In this document: piece by piece, positions 19,400 through 30,530 of the stretch
Layout: every line of letters begins with the position of its first letter
How positions within the stretch are numbered: position 1 is the stretch's first letter
From: an uncultured Alteromonas sp.
GTDB taxonomy: Bacteria > Pseudomonadota > Gammaproteobacteria > Enterobacterales > Alteromonadaceae
DNA length: 64,000 nt
Direction: 5' to 3'
NCBI GenBank assembly: GCA_964584105.1
Contig: CAZOYR010000003.1
Span: 13,463-77,462 of the forward strand
Translations under genes and position numbers: made by a program
Notes under the pieces: model-generated
Seen by the model: only the letters and a program-made list of their open reading frames with translations
The model's database searches: none
Told to the model about the DNA's origin: nothing

Positions 19400-20227
19400 C
19401 TAGATTCCCCGGTGACTTTTAATAATTTCGTAAGCAGCCTGAATATCCTGCGTTTTGTTTTTCGCCATTTCCAGTGCCTGTTCGGGAAGGCCTTTAGCCG
19501 CCAGCTTATCAGGATGATGCTCGCTCATCCGTTTGCGATAAGCCCGTTTCACGGCTTTATCGTCATCTTTTTCAGAAACGCCCAGAATCTGGTAGGCATC
19601 GGCAAGCGAGTGCGTCTCATCGTAATCAGCCCGCTGGCGCTGTCCACCGGCCCGTTGCCTGAACCGGCGCTGTGCATCATAAGCGCTAATCAGGTAATCC
19701 AGGTCATGTTTTTTAAAGCCAAGCGCCTTGGCCACTTTATCCAGTACACGCTTTTCACCCAATGTCACATTACCATCGGCAAACGCGGCCTGAATGAGAA
19801 TTTCCAGAAACACCTGAAGGATATCGCGACGTCCGTGGCAATTGTCATAAAGGGTTTTCAGCGTGTCGGTAATGGGATAATCCGCGGCTTTGCCTTCCCG
19901 AAATGCCTGCTGCGCTTCACGCCGGGCATCGCCCTGCAATTGCATTTCGTCCATCAACGCAGAGGCCAGTTGGATCTCGCGCGGGGTAACCTGACCATCT
20001 GATTTAGCCAGATGACCTAATGCGGCAAATAAACTATGAAAGAATATGGCTTGTTGCTTGAGCCCCGACTGGTCGGTAAAAAAACGCCCAAAGCCCCCCA
20101 GCTTATTGAAGTCCTGACTGTATGCGCGATCAAACAGATGCCCGACGATGAGGCCTAATATCGCACCGGGTATTTTTAAAAACATGAAACCAAAAATCAG
20201 ACCCAGTAATTTGCCCCAGAATGGCAT
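19400..20227 (-). CDS. djlA: Co-chaperone DjlA (TM + TerB-like + J domain)
   Basis: WGKLLG N-terminal TM, AKSDG, C-terminal J domain with HPD. Start set at ATG 20227 with a GAGGAG RBS. Confidence 0.95.
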   Translation of the reverse strand: MPFWGKLLGLIFGFMFLKIPGAILGLIVGHLFDRAYSQDFNKLGGFGRFFTDQSGLKQQAIFFHSLFAALGHLAKSDGQVTPREIQLASALMDEMQLQGDARREAQQAFREGKAADYPITDTLKTLYDNCHGRRDILQVFLEILIQAAFADGNVTLGEKRVLDKVAKALGFKKHDLDYLISAYDAQRRFRQRAGGQRQRADYDETHSLADAYQILGVSEKDDDKAVKRAYRKRMSEHHPDKLAAKGLPEQALEMAKNKTQDIQAAYEIIKSHRGI

Positions 20228-20575
20228 TGTTATAACCTCCTCATCACCGACATCCGCTGAACTCATACGCTTATACGTGGTCAGTGGCACTATAACTCAA
20301 AAAACAAAATAGAAAATATCGACTCGACAGGCAACTAATAATGCAGGCTCACCGTAAGCTGATTAGATAATGTGCGCGTTTATGCACAAAAAACAGGTTT
20401 AGCGCTGATTTTTTTAGCTCATCGGTTGGTTATTGGGTTAGAAGCGCTTAGAATTAGCGGTTAATTTTCGCTTAGCAGCGCAAAATGCGTCAACGTGACG
20501 CGTTAATAAAGCAGTCGGTGTCAGCTGACCCCGAAGAATATACGTTATCTATTACCACAGGCTATCCGTCATCGC

Positions 20576-22819
20576 ATGAAAAATACCTGCGCTTCGTTAT
20601 TATTATGTGCTTTAAGCTGGCAAACATATGCCCAGTCTGCAAACAGCACAGGCGATGATAATGACGCCGACAATTCATTACTTTGCCCTGTTTCGCCGGT
20701 TCAGTTCTCGACTGATCAACTTATGGCCCCGGGCGAGGTGCGAGTTGAGGCAAACCGTACAGAAGTGCTGTCGCAAAAAGAGGCGAACTTCAGTGGTAAT
20801 GTAGATATAACCTCTGACGCTGCCACCATTCGTGCCGACGAAGCAAAAATCCGCAACAACGGCCGACAGTTGCATGCATCGGGCGATGTACTGTATCAGG
20901 ATGCACAACTGAAGGTCAGTAGTGACGAGGTTTCACTGGATTCTGCTGAAGAAACGCTGCAGATGCAAAATACCGAGTACTTTTTCAATGGTTCAAGTGG
21001 CAGAGGCACTGCGCAGGTCATTGATTTGTCCACATCCGATGGACTCACTCTTGAAGATGTCCGCTTTACCACTTGCCCGGCTGGCGCTGAAGACTGGTCT
21101 ATCCGCGCATCAGAAATTGATATTGCGCGCGGCTCACTGTGGGGAGAAGCCAAGAACACCCGGTTTTATGTCGGCGATGTGCCTGTTTTCTACCTACCCT
21201 ATTTTGCATTCCCTGTGAGTAACCAGCGTCAGACCGGCCTGCTTTTCCCTGAAATTGGCAGTTCATCCAATACTGGCATTGATTACGAGCAGCCCTTTTA
21301 CTGGAATATGGCTCCTGAGTACGACATGACGGTGTCACCGCGGGTAATGTCAAAGCGTGGCGTTCAGCTTAAAACAGAGTTTCGGCATCTTAGCGAGCAA
21401 GGCTACAGCGTCGTAGATGTGGAATACCTGCCGTCGGATAAAGATACCACCAGCGATGATCACCGCTATTTTTACCGCATCAAGCATGACGGTATTCTGG
21501 GGCAGAACTGGACTGTGGGTGTCGATGTTAACGGCATAAGTGACGATAACTATATCGTCGACTTGGGTTCCGATGATTACAATCGGGCAGATACGCATCT
21601 ATTCCGTACGGTCGGCTTTAACTACTTTTCCGAGAATATGACCCTGGATTTGCATATTCGCGACTTTGAAACCATCGGGGATCGTCCGGATAATTATCGC
21701 GCGCTGCCCGAAGCGCGGCTGAATATGAACCAGCCACTGGGCTCGTTACTGGAATTCAGACTTGATTCAGAACTGGCTTATTTTGACAACGCCGACGAAA
21801 CGAAACCCACAGCCATGCGTTTTCATGTTGCACCATCACTGGCACTTCCCTATCAGCGCCATTGGGGTGAGTTAACGGCTGAAGCCACCTTAATGAACAC
21901 GACTTATCAGCAGAATAATGTGGAAGGCACCGAGCTGGACGAGGATGTAAACCGCCTGCTGGGCCGTGGCAGACTTTATGGTACCTTGTATTTTGAAAGG
22001 GATGGTAGCTGGTTTGATAAAACCGATACCATGACGTTCGAGCCCAAAGTGCAGTACTTATATACCAGTTACGAAGACCAGAGCAATATCGGTTTATACG
22101 ATACCACCACCCTTTTAACGGATGTTGAAGGACTCTTCCGGGGCCGCGAATATACCGGCCTGGACCGAATTATTGATAACAACCAGATTACCCTTGGTGC
22201 CACCTCGCGCATTATGGATGAACAAAACAGGGAACAATTTGCGGTAAGCCTGGGTCAGATATTTTATCTTGAAGATAATCGTATAATGTCTCCGGACGGT
22301 GATCGGGATCGATCGGCACTGGCTGCAGAATTGGATTGGCGATTTGACTCTCATTGGTATTTCCATTCTGATATACAAATCACGACGCAAACCGATAAGG
22401 TGGAAAGAAGCAGCCTGGGGCTGGAATATCGTCGTGACAGTGAAAGTCTGATTCAGCTTACTCACCGTTATGTGCGGGAGCTGAGCGGCGAAACCATTGA
22501 CCAGGTCGGCGTGTCGGTTAGCTGGCCAATCAGCAAAAACTGGCACTGGGTCGGGCGCTCGTACCGCGACCTTGAGCGCCACCGCAGCATTGAAACGTAT
22601 GTGGGCGTTGAGTATGAGTCCTGTTGCTGGGCGGTGCAGATTGTAGCGCAGCGTCAGTTAAGTAACCGTTTTGGTATTGACGGGCTGCAGTCGACAGATG
22701 AGTATGATTCCGGCGTAGGCTTACAATTTATCTTCAAAGGGTTAGGATCTGCGAAATCCAGCCGGCGCATGCTTGAAGATGGTATGTTTGGTTATCGGCA
22801 ACCCTATAATCTGAATTAA
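20576..22819 (+). CDS. lptD: LPS assembly protein LptD
   Basis: Signal peptide, FTTCP, PVFYLPY, RQTGLL, YESCCW; precedes surA. Confidence 0.96.
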   Translation: MKNTCASLLLCALSWQTYAQSANSTGDDNDADNSLLCPVSPVQFSTDQLMAPGEVRVEANRTEVLSQKEANFSGNVDITSDAATIRADEAKIRNNGRQLHASGDVLYQDAQLKVSSDEVSLDSAEETLQMQNTEYFFNGSSGRGTAQVIDLSTSDGLTLEDVRFTTCPAGAEDWSIRASEIDIARGSLWGEAKNTRFYVGDVPVFYLPYFAFPVSNQRQTGLLFPEIGSSSNTGIDYEQPFYWNMAPEYDMTVSPRVMSKRGVQLKTEFRHLSEQGYSVVDVEYLPSDKDTTSDDHRYFYRIKHDGILGQNWTVGVDVNGISDDNYIVDLGSDDYNRADTHLFRTVGFNYFSENMTLDLHIRDFETIGDRPDNYRALPEARLNMNQPLGSLLEFRLDSELAYFDNADETKPTAMRFHVAPSLALPYQRHWGELTAEATLMNTTYQQNNVEGTELDEDVNRLLGRGRLYGTLYFERDGSWFDKTDTMTFEPKVQYLYTSYEDQSNIGLYDTTTLLTDVEGLFRGREYTGLDRIIDNNQITLGATSRIMDEQNREQFAVSLGQIFYLEDNRIMSPDGDRDRSALAAELDWRFDSHWYFHSDIQITTQTDKVERSSLGLEYRRDSESLIQLTHRYVRELSGETIDQVGVSVSWPISKNWHWVGRSYRDLERHRSIETYVGVEYESCCWAVQIVAQRQLSNRFGIDGLQSTDEYDSGVGLQFIFKGLGSAKSSRRMLEDGMFGYRQPYNLN

Positions 22820-22874
22820 TTTACCCTGTCGGCAGACGCTCTGCCGGCCACATTAACGACAATAAAGAGTAATT

Positions 22875-24152
22875 ATGAAGTTCATTATCCGGGCTATGTG
22901 TTTAAGTGCCTTGCTTACTGTTACATGCTGGGCACAGCAAGTTTCACTGGACCGCGTAGCGGTAATCGTTGATCAGGGCGTTATCCTGGAAAGCGAGATT
23001 GAAAAACTGATTGCTGAGGTAAAGCGCAGCGCGCAGTCAGAAGATCAGGAGCTGCCTTCTGATCGGGTTCTGCGCACGCAGGCAATCGAACGCCTTATTC
23101 TTAAAAATCTGCAAATGCAGCGTGCAGAGCGAATGGGTATTCAGGTTTCTGATCCGCAGCTGGAACAAACCATCACCAATATCGCGCAAAATCAGAATCT
23201 GACCGTCGATCAATTGCGTCAGGCGATTGCTCAGGATGGACTGAGCTATGATGATTATCGCGAAAATGTTCGTGAAGAGCTGATTGTAGGTGAAGTCCGC
23301 CGCGCCAATGTCCGCCGTCGTATTTATATTACCCCGCAGGAAGTTAACTCACTGGTTGAGCTGATGAACGAACAGGGCGCTGAGCAGGCAGAATACAACC
23401 TTGGCCATATTCTGATTGGCCTGCCCTCAGAGCCGGATGAAGAAGAAGTTCAGGAAGCGCGTAAGCGTGCCGATCGGGTTTTGCAGCTTCTGCGCGACGG
23501 GTCTGACTTCGCCAAGATCGCGATCACCTCTTCATCAGGCTCTAACGCCCTGGAAGGCGGTGACATGGGATGGCTGAACATTAACTCTATGCCAACGCTT
23601 TTCGCCGAAGCGGTTCAGGGTAAAAGTAAAGATGAGCTGATTGGTCCGATTCGTAGTGGTGCCGGTTTCCACATTTTGAAAATAAAAGATACCCGTGGCA
23701 TTGAGAAGGTGACCGTGGAAGAAGTGAATTCGCGTCACATTCTTATCAAGCCATCTATTATTCTAAGTGAAGAGAAAGCCAAAGAGCGTCTTGAAACATT
23801 CCGCGAACAGGTTATTGCCGGCGATGCCGATTTTGCTGAGCTGGCCAAAGAACATTCTGAAGACCCGGGCTCTGCGCTTAAGGGCGGTAACCTTGGCTGG
23901 GCAGATCCAACAATGTATGTACCAGCATTTCAAAAAGCCTTATCAAACCTTGAACCCGGCGAGTTCAGCCAGCCTATCCGTTCCACACATGGATGGCACC
24001 TGATTCAGTTGGTGGACCGTAGGTTTGATGATGCCACCGAAAAGCGTAAAGAAGATAAAGCGCGTCAGCTGATATACAGCCGGAAATTTAAAGAAGAATC
24101 CGAGACCTGGATGCGTGAAATGCGTGATGCTGCCTATATTGAGGTGTTGTAA
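22875..24152 (+). CDS. surA: Periplasmic chaperone/PPIase SurA
   Basis: LDRVAVIVDQGVIL, two parvulin domains (HILI...GGDMGW; SEDPGSALKGGNLGW). Confidence 0.96.
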   Translation: MKFIIRAMCLSALLTVTCWAQQVSLDRVAVIVDQGVILESEIEKLIAEVKRSAQSEDQELPSDRVLRTQAIERLILKNLQMQRAERMGIQVSDPQLEQTITNIAQNQNLTVDQLRQAIAQDGLSYDDYRENVREELIVGEVRRANVRRRIYITPQEVNSLVELMNEQGAEQAEYNLGHILIGLPSEPDEEEVQEARKRADRVLQLLRDGSDFAKIAITSSSGSNALEGGDMGWLNINSMPTLFAEAVQGKSKDELIGPIRSGAGFHILKIKDTRGIEKVTVEEVNSRHILIKPSIILSEEKAKERLETFREQVIAGDADFAELAKEHSEDPGSALKGGNLGWADPTMYVPAFQKALSNLEPGEFSQPIRSTHGWHLIQLVDRRFDDATEKRKEDKARQLIYSRKFKEESETWMREMRDAAYIEVL

Positions 24153-24158
24153 ATTACT

Positions 24159-25148
24159 GTGTCTACGCAACCGTTAAAAATAGCCGTCACCCCCGGCGAA
24201 CCTGCCGGGATTGGTCCTGATCTTATTCTGCAACTGGCTCAGCAGGCGTGGGATGCACAACTGGTTGTTTTTGCCGATGAGGCTGTGCTATCCCGGCGTG
24301 CAGAACAGCTTGGTATATCAATAACGCTGACGCCTTTTGAACATGCCGGGACCCGGCTACAGACGCCCGGTGAGTTATTTATTCGTCAGATTGATACTGA
24401 TGCGCCCGTGCAGCCAGGAGTATTGGACAGCGCCAACGGTAAATATGTTGTAGAGACGTTACGTCAGGCGTGTCAGGCCAATATGGAAGAAGGCTTTGAT
24501 GCGGTTGTCACAGGGCCGGTTCACAAAGGGATAATTAATGAAGCGGGTGTGTCCTTTTCCGGTCACACTGAGTTCTTCGCGTATCAGTCAAACACCATTG
24601 ATGTGGTGATGCTACTTGCCACTGAAGGGCTCAACGTTGCCCTGGCGACCACACATATTCCTTTAGAATATGTTGCTAAGGCGATTACCGAAGAGCGGCT
24701 TCACCGGGTTATTCGTATCATTGATACCGATCTCAAACAGAAGTTCGGGATAGCCAGCCCGCATATTTATGTATGTGGTTTGAATCCGCACGCTGGCGAG
24801 AATGGCCATATTGGTAAAGAAGAGTTACACACGATTATTCCGGCGCTGGAAAAACTGCGCGAAGAAGGAATTAACCTGACGGGCCCGCTTCCTGCTGATA
24901 CAATCTTCCAACCTAAATATCTGGAAAATGCCGATGTGGTGCTTGCGATGTATCACGATCAGGGGCTACCAGTATTAAAATTTAAAGGCTTCGGGGCTGC
25001 AGTAAATATCACATTAGGCCTGCCTTTTATCCGCACGTCGGTCGACCACGGTACAGCAACGGATTTAGCCGGCACCGGTCAGGCCGATGCAGGTAGCTTT
25101 AGAAAAGCCCTCGAAAAAGCCATAGAACTTGCGAACAGTCACCTATGA
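24159..25148 (+). CDS. pdxA: 4-hydroxythreonine-4-phosphate dehydrogenase
   Basis: [37 protein letters not shown]. Confidence 0.97.
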   Translation: MSTQPLKIAVTPGEPAGIGPDLILQLAQQAWDAQLVVFADEAVLSRRAEQLGISITLTPFEHAGTRLQTPGELFIRQIDTDAPVQPGVLDSANGKYVVETLRQACQANMEEGFDAVVTGPVHKGIINEAGVSFSGHTEFFAYQSNTIDVVMLLATEGLNVALATTHIPLEYVAKAITEERLHRVIRIIDTDLKQKFGIASPHIYVCGLNPHAGENGHIGKEELHTIIPALEKLREEGINLTGPLPADTIFQPKYLENADVVLAMYHDQGLPVLKFKGFGAAVNITLGLPFIRTSVDHGTATDLAGTGQADAGSFRKALEKAIELANSHL

Positions 25149-25969
25149 GTAAAACCCATTTAGGCCACACCGCGAGAAAGCGGTTTGGCCAGAATTTCCT
25201 GCATGATGATTATGTAATTGAGCAGATCGTTAATGCAATCAATCCACAAAACGGCGAAAATCTGGTTGAAATCGGGCCTGGACTTGGCGCCCTGACCGAT
25301 CCGGTCTGTGAACGCGTCGATGCGCTTACGGTGGTAGAGCTTGACCGCGATTTGGCTAAGCGTCTGCGCCACCATCCATTTCACGGCGAAAAGCTGAATA
25401 TCATTGAGCAAGACGCATTAACACTGGACTTCAGCACAGTTTTAGCGGCCAGAGAAGATACGCAGAAGCGCCTGCGCGTGTTTGGTAATCTTCCCTATAA
25501 TATTTCCACGCCGTTAATGTTTCACCTTTTCTACTTCACCGACAGTATCAGTGACATGCATTTCATGTTGCAAAAAGAAGTGGTTAACCGCCTGGCAGCA
25601 GGCCCTGGCTCTAAAAACTATGGCCGCTTGTCAGTGATGGCGCAGTATTATTGTCAGGTCATGCCCGTGCTGACCGTTCCCCCTGAGGCATTCAAGCCAC
25701 CACCAAAGGTCGATTCTGCGGTGGTTCGTCTGGTTCCTCACCGCACGCCACCGGTTGACGTCACCTCGGTGAATACTCTGGAAAGAGTTTGTGCGCAGGC
25801 ATTTAACCAGCGCCGTAAAACGATTCGTAATAGTCTTAAAGACTGCATCAGTGAACAGGCGCTGTCCGAGCTGGGTCTGAACCCTGGTACGAGGGCCGAA
25901 ACGCTGTCTTTGCAGGATTTTGCCAGCATCGCGAATTATATTTCTGCGCAAGAGGTACCGCAGGAGTGA
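25145..25969 (+). CDS. rsmA: 16S rRNA dimethyladenosine transferase KsgA
   Basis: [31 protein letters not shown]. Confidence 0.98.
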   Translation: MSKTHLGHTARKRFGQNFLHDDYVIEQIVNAINPQNGENLVEIGPGLGALTDPVCERVDALTVVELDRDLAKRLRHHPFHGEKLNIIEQDALTLDFSTVLAAREDTQKRLRVFGNLPYNISTPLMFHLFYFTDSISDMHFMLQKEVVNRLAAGPGSKNYGRLSVMAQYYCQVMPVLTVPPEAFKPPPKVDSAVVRLVPHRTPPVDVTSVNTLERVCAQAFNQRRKTIRNSLKDCISEQALSELGLNPGTRAETLSLQDFASIANYISAQEVPQE

Positions 25970-26340
25970 AAGAATCATTAATTAAAGTTGATGTCAGCAC
26001 CCGGCATCTGCCGGATCATCCTGCCAATACCGATGAAAAGTACGCGTTTGCCTATCAGATCGTTATTACCAACGATTCTGATATGCCGGTTCAGTTAATC
26101 AGCCGTTACTGGCTGATTACCGATGGCTCGGGCAAAAAATCTGAAGTACAGGGCGAAGGCGTTATTGGTAAACAGCCTAAAATCGCGCCGGGAGAAAATT
26201 TTGAGTATACCAGCGGCGCTGTCATTGACACCCCGGTGGGTACCATGGAAGGCTATTACCAGATGCAAACGGAAGATGGCGACATGTTTAAAGTGCCGAT
26301 TGACGTGTTTACCCTCGCCGTTCCCAATATCATCAATTAA
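25966..26340 (+). CDS. apaG: ApaG protein
   Basis: YAFAY...SRYWLITD...GEGVIG...YTSG...GTMEG. Confidence 0.96.
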   Translation: MKESLIKVDVSTRHLPDHPANTDEKYAFAYQIVITNDSDMPVQLISRYWLITDGSGKKSEVQGEGVIGKQPKIAPGENFEYTSGAVIDTPVGTMEGYYQMQTEDGDMFKVPIDVFTLAVPNIIN

Positions 26341-26367
26341 TTTTTCTGCAATTTAGTAAGGCATTTC

Positions 26368-27183
26368 ATGGCGTCAGGTCAGACAATTATCGTAGGCGAT
26401 ATCCAGGGCTGCTACAGTGGCCTGAGAAAACTGCTGGATAAATGCCATTTCGATCCATCCTGCGATCGCTTGCTTGCCGTGGGCGATCTTGTTGCCCGGG
26501 GTGAGGACTCACTGGCTACCGTGGATTATCTGATGAGCCTTGGCGATCGCTTTGATGCCGTGCTTGGCAATCATGATTTGCACCTGTTATCCGTGATTGA
26601 GGGGATACGTCCGGCAAACGCAAAAGACAACCTTGATAACCTGCTGGGCAGCGAAAAGCTTGCAGAAATTGGCCGGTGGCTACGCACCTTCGGACTGGCC
26701 TTAAAAGCGGATGAGCATCACACACTGGTTCATGCAGGCTTATTCCCGCTATGGAGTACTAATCAGTTACTGGCGTTGAGCAACGAAGTCAGCACGTGGT
26801 TGTCCTCTGAGCGCTATCCTGAGCTTTTGCAGAATATGTATGATAATGATCCTGAACAATGGAATGAACAATTGTCAGGCTTTGCCAGGTTACGTTTTAT
26901 TATTAATGCCTGTACAAGAATGCGGTTTGTGTCCACCGACTACCACTTGGACCTGAAGGAAAAAGGTAAGCCCGGCTCAGCCCCTGCACACTTAAAACCA
27001 TGGTTTGAGCTGGAAAATAATGGCTTAAAAGCCAGTGAAAAAGTGATATTCGGGCATTGGGCAGCATTAAATGGGGTAACAGATAAAAAGCAGGTAATTG
27101 GCCTGGATACCGGATATGTCTGGGGCAATAAAATGTCGGCTTACTGCATCGAAACCGGTGTTATTACACGGGTTCCAGCCTGA
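26368..27183 (+). CDS. apaH: Symmetrical bis(5'-nucleosyl)-tetraphosphatase
   Basis: GDIQGC, GDLVARG, LGNHD, HAG, FGHWAAL, LDTG. Confidence 0.96.
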   Translation: MASGQTIIVGDIQGCYSGLRKLLDKCHFDPSCDRLLAVGDLVARGEDSLATVDYLMSLGDRFDAVLGNHDLHLLSVIEGIRPANAKDNLDNLLGSEKLAEIGRWLRTFGLALKADEHHTLVHAGLFPLWSTNQLLALSNEVSTWLSSERYPELLQNMYDNDPEQWNEQLSGFARLRFIINACTRMRFVSTDYHLDLKEKGKPGSAPAHLKPWFELENNGLKASEKVIFGHWAALNGVTDKKQVIGLDTGYVWGNKMSAYCIETGVITRVPA

Positions 27184-27266
27184 AAACGAAAATCCTCTCA
27201 TCGGAAACGTTTGATTTTTCGCATATTCATCACATCTTATACGATACTTTAGTATCATTATTTTAC

Positions 27267-27293
27267 TTAAGTTCACCGTGCTTAAGTCGATAT
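27267..27293 (+). promoter_or_regulatory. Candidate sigma28 (FliA) promoter for the MCP gene
   Basis: TTAAGTTC-N11-GTCGATAT versus consensus TAAAGTTT-N11-GCCGATAA (6/8 and 6/8, exact spacer), upstream of a chemoreceptor. Confidence 0.7.
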
Positions 27294-27429
27294 AATACAA
27301 GAATCGCGCAATTTTTCGGTGCAGCCACTTAAAACTACACAAATAATGTGAAATTTTAAGCGCAATCTGTAATGATTTGGCATTAGCCGTCTAAATGATA
27401 ATGATAATTGGGTAGTAGCAGGAGTTCCG

Positions 27430-29454
27430 ATGAAAATCACGGTGGCCAAACGTATAATTGGTGGTTTTCTTACCATCAGTCTCTTACTGATATTAATCAG
27501 TATTTCTTCATTGTATAACCTCAACTCCATTGGTGCGGCCACTGACGAAGTTAACAACACTGCAATTCCGACAATTTCAGGAAGCAACACGTTACGAGCG
27601 ACTTTTTTGAACATGGGGCGACTCACCTTTGAGTCGTACATTGAAGAGGAGTTAGACGGCCTGAATGAAAAGCAGGAAAGCTTCAACGAAAGTAAGGCGA
27701 CCTTTAATAAAACGTATGCACAGCTAAAGCCGATTGTCAGCGATGATCCTGAACTGAAGTCCTCGCTGGATAAGGTCCAAAATAGCTATAGCAACTATAT
27801 CGCCAATGCTGAAAAGATGTATAAAATGCATCGCCAGTACATGAGTATGCGCAATACGATTGAAGATCAGATAGGCGTTGCAGAAGACAATGCGGACGAT
27901 GCTTCAACGTATCTGCTGGATTTCTCCTATTTACCTGAAGTGGAATCAAACCCGTCGCTGCAGGAAGCGGCAAGAATTGGCGGTGAACTGGAAAGCGCCC
28001 TGCTTTCAATGCTCACCGTATCCAACGAATACGTGAAAACCCAGACAATTATCCGTTCAGAAACACTGAGTAACGAAGTTTCTCTGGTGGTGGAAAATGT
28101 TTCTGAAAAGCTCTCAGCAATGCTGGATGCAGCAAATGGACAGGATGCCTCAGGCAGTCTGGAAGAAATCAGTGAGATGGTCAGCGAAGCGCTGGATGCG
28201 ATTTCCGGCAGCGATGGTGTGGTGCAACTTCATCAGGATCGTCTTTCATACCGAAATGCCGCGGAACAAGCCCTCAATGCGTCGGATAAAAATATTCAGA
28301 CGGCAATGGTTGAACTTGAAAAACTGCTGACGCTGACAAACCAGCGCGCTGAAGCCATTGATGAGCAGGTGACCGATAAAGTCTCTAACGGCAACCTGAT
28401 TGTAATTATTGTGGTAGTGGCTTCGTTAATTGCCGCCGCTATTATTGGTTACTTTACCGTACGTGCTATCACCCGCCCGCTTAACCGTGTTAACGAGCTG
28501 CTTCAGGTTGCCTCGTCCGGGGATTTAACACACAAGCTAGACGACTCCGCCAAGGATGAGTTCGGCCAGCTCGCACGTAACTGTAATTTGCTTATTGCTA
28601 ACCTTAAATCGTTGATCAATGGCATTAACGACAGAGCTGAACAGTTAGCGGCAGCATCAGAGCAAACCTCAACAGTAACCTCACAAACCACGCATTCGAT
28701 TCAGGACCAGAAATCGCAGATTTCACAGGTGGCAACCGCTACGACAGAGATGCATTCCACGTCTCAGCTGGTTGTCCAAAACGCTGAAGATACGCTTAGC
28801 CAAATTCGACATGCTGACAGTGAGGCTGAAAAAGTTCGCCAGATTTCTCTGGAAAACAAACGCACGATTGAAGTGTTGGCAAAAGATGTTCAGGAAGCGG
28901 CTGAGGTGATTAATAAACTGCATCAGGACAGCGCGAGCATCGGCGGCATTCTGGACGTAATTCGTGGCGTTGCTGACCAGACTAACCTCTTGGCGCTAAA
29001 CGCAGCTATTGAGGCAGCCCGTGCAGGTGAACAGGGCCGGGGCTTCGCGGTAGTTGCTGACGAGGTAAGAACGCTGGCAAGCCGCACGCAAGAGTCAACG
29101 CAAGAGATCAATGCCATGATTGAAGTACTACAGGCCGGTGCCGAGCGCGCGGTGGATGTGATGAATCAGGGTAAAGATCAGACCGCGGTCTGTGTTGAGC
29201 AAACTGATTCTGCGACCCGCGCATTGGATATTATCTCCACCGCCGTGCGTCAGGCGCACGATGTCAGCTCGCAGATTGAGCAGTCTGCACGTGAACAGAA
29301 TATCGTCTCGCAGGAGATCAGTGAGAAGCTGGAAACCATTGTTGGTATCGCAGAAGAAACCACGGTGGGTGCGCAGCAAACCTCTGAGTCCAGCCTGGAG
29401 GTGGCGCGTCTGGCTGAAGAGTTACAGCATTCAATACGCCAATTTAAGGTGTAA
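27430..29454 (+). CDS. Methyl-accepting chemotaxis protein with a large periplasmic sensor domain
   Basis: Two TMs, ~290-aa periplasmic region, HAMP (DEFGQL), signalling hairpin [31 protein letters not shown]. Confidence 0.96.
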   Translation: MKITVAKRIIGGFLTISLLLILISISSLYNLNSIGAATDEVNNTAIPTISGSNTLRATFLNMGRLTFESYIEEELDGLNEKQESFNESKATFNKTYAQLKPIVSDDPELKSSLDKVQNSYSNYIANAEKMYKMHRQYMSMRNTIEDQIGVAEDNADDASTYLLDFSYLPEVESNPSLQEAARIGGELESALLSMLTVSNEYVKTQTIIRSETLSNEVSLVVENVSEKLSAMLDAANGQDASGSLEEISEMVSEALDAISGSDGVVQLHQDRLSYRNAAEQALNASDKNIQTAMVELEKLLTLTNQRAEAIDEQVTDKVSNGNLIVIIVVVASLIAAAIIGYFTVRAITRPLNRVNELLQVASSGDLTHKLDDSAKDEFGQLARNCNLLIANLKSLINGINDRAEQLAAASEQTSTVTSQTTHSIQDQKSQISQVATATTEMHSTSQLVVQNAEDTLSQIRHADSEAEKVRQISLENKRTIEVLAKDVQEAAEVINKLHQDSASIGGILDVIRGVADQTNLLALNAAIEAARAGEQGRGFAVVADEVRTLASRTQESTQEINAMIEVLQAGAERAVDVMNQGKDQTAVCVEQTDSATRALDIISTAVRQAHDVSSQIEQSAREQNIVSQEISEKLETIVGIAEETTVGAQQTSESSLEVARLAEELQHSIRQFKV

Positions 29455-29467
29455 TACCGGAAAGATG

Positions 29468-29495
29468 AAAAAGCGGCTTTAAGGCCGCTTTTTTT
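29468..29495. terminator. Bidirectional intrinsic terminator
   Basis: aaaaaGCGGCT-ttaa-GGCCGCttttttt between convergent genes. Confidence 0.88.
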
Positions 29496-29499
29496 GTGT

Positions 29500-30345
29500 T
29501 TACTGAGGCTGAACGTCAAGATAATTCGTCACTGATTCGCGCTCGTACTCAGGGGATGCATCAAAAAACAGGTTGAGCAAGTTCATATGCCCCGCGCCGA
29601 AAATCACTAATATGCGTCGTTCAGGGGCTTCTGGCACACGCTGAATATTACGAAAAATTCGCAGATTGCGGTTAAACCAGCGGCCGGTTTCAAAGTCTGC
29701 ACCGAAAAAAGGACTGCTGTCGGTTTCATACTTGAACTGGCCAATCAGATAATTCCCCAGTGTTTTTTCAATTGTTTGTTCGGCATTTAGTTGGCGTAGC
29801 TCTGCCATGATACTTTGGGATTTAAATACGGGCTCTCGCTCAAAACGCAGTGTCGTATCATGGTTGTTTTTGTAGAACCTACCAAAGGCGCTTTCCTGCT
29901 GCTCATCATCTAACGCCTTTGATACAGTGTTGTACATCTTCCCCCACGTGTCTGCGGCATAAATATTCTTATGACCGAGTCGTTTGGCAATGCGAAAGCC
30001 CAGCTGATAAACCTCAGAACGGCGCGATGAGATAAAGGCGTCATCAGCCAGGTACTGGTCGTACTGTTTGTTAACTTTTTTCTGATGCTCAAACGGATAT
30101 TCCACCACAATATGTGTGGGTTTAAATGCCATGAGTTGCTGCGCAATCTGTGTGATCTGTTGCTGGTTATCTGCTGTTAAGACATCGATTTGATGACTAC
30201 TGTCAATCGTTTGCACATCCAGGTTGGGGAAGTTGAAATGAAAGCTCCCTACCGTTAACACCCTGGTTATCTCATGATGGTGCTGGTCGGCTGATGCGGC
30301 GACACTACTGAACACGACTATCAGACTAAGTAAAAAATAACGCAT
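29500..30345 (-). CDS. Exported DUF5694-like protein (possible TraB/TIKI-like fold)
   Basis: Signal peptide; GSFHF, FKPTHIVVE, SEVYQLGFRIA, WFNRNLRIF, IFGAGH motifs. Confidence 0.7.
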   Translation of the reverse strand: MRYFLLSLIVVFSSVAASADQHHHEITRVLTVGSFHFNFPNLDVQTIDSSHQIDVLTADNQQQITQIAQQLMAFKPTHIVVEYPFEHQKKVNKQYDQYLADDAFISSRRSEVYQLGFRIAKRLGHKNIYAADTWGKMYNTVSKALDDEQQESAFGRFYKNNHDTTLRFEREPVFKSQSIMAELRQLNAEQTIEKTLGNYLIGQFKYETDSSPFFGADFETGRWFNRNLRIFRNIQRVPEAPERRILVIFGAGHMNLLNLFFDASPEYERESVTNYLDVQPQ

Positions 30346-30530
30346 GAATCTCCCGCTGCTTCTTTGTGAACAGGCGCTAACTTACGCAGCCCGGTGTCAG
30401 GTATCAATATTGAAAATGTAATGAAATCTTACACCTGCAATCAGTGTGGCGGAGTCAGCACGCGTAACGTCGCTAAACAATTTTGCTCAGCATTGAGTAT
30501 TCACTATGACATCTAAAAAAAGGATCGATC

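Noticed and set aside
19412-20002. 196-aa plus-strand ORF antisense to djlA
   Set aside because: Entirely within a well-supported gene, with no recognisable motif; a shadow ORF.
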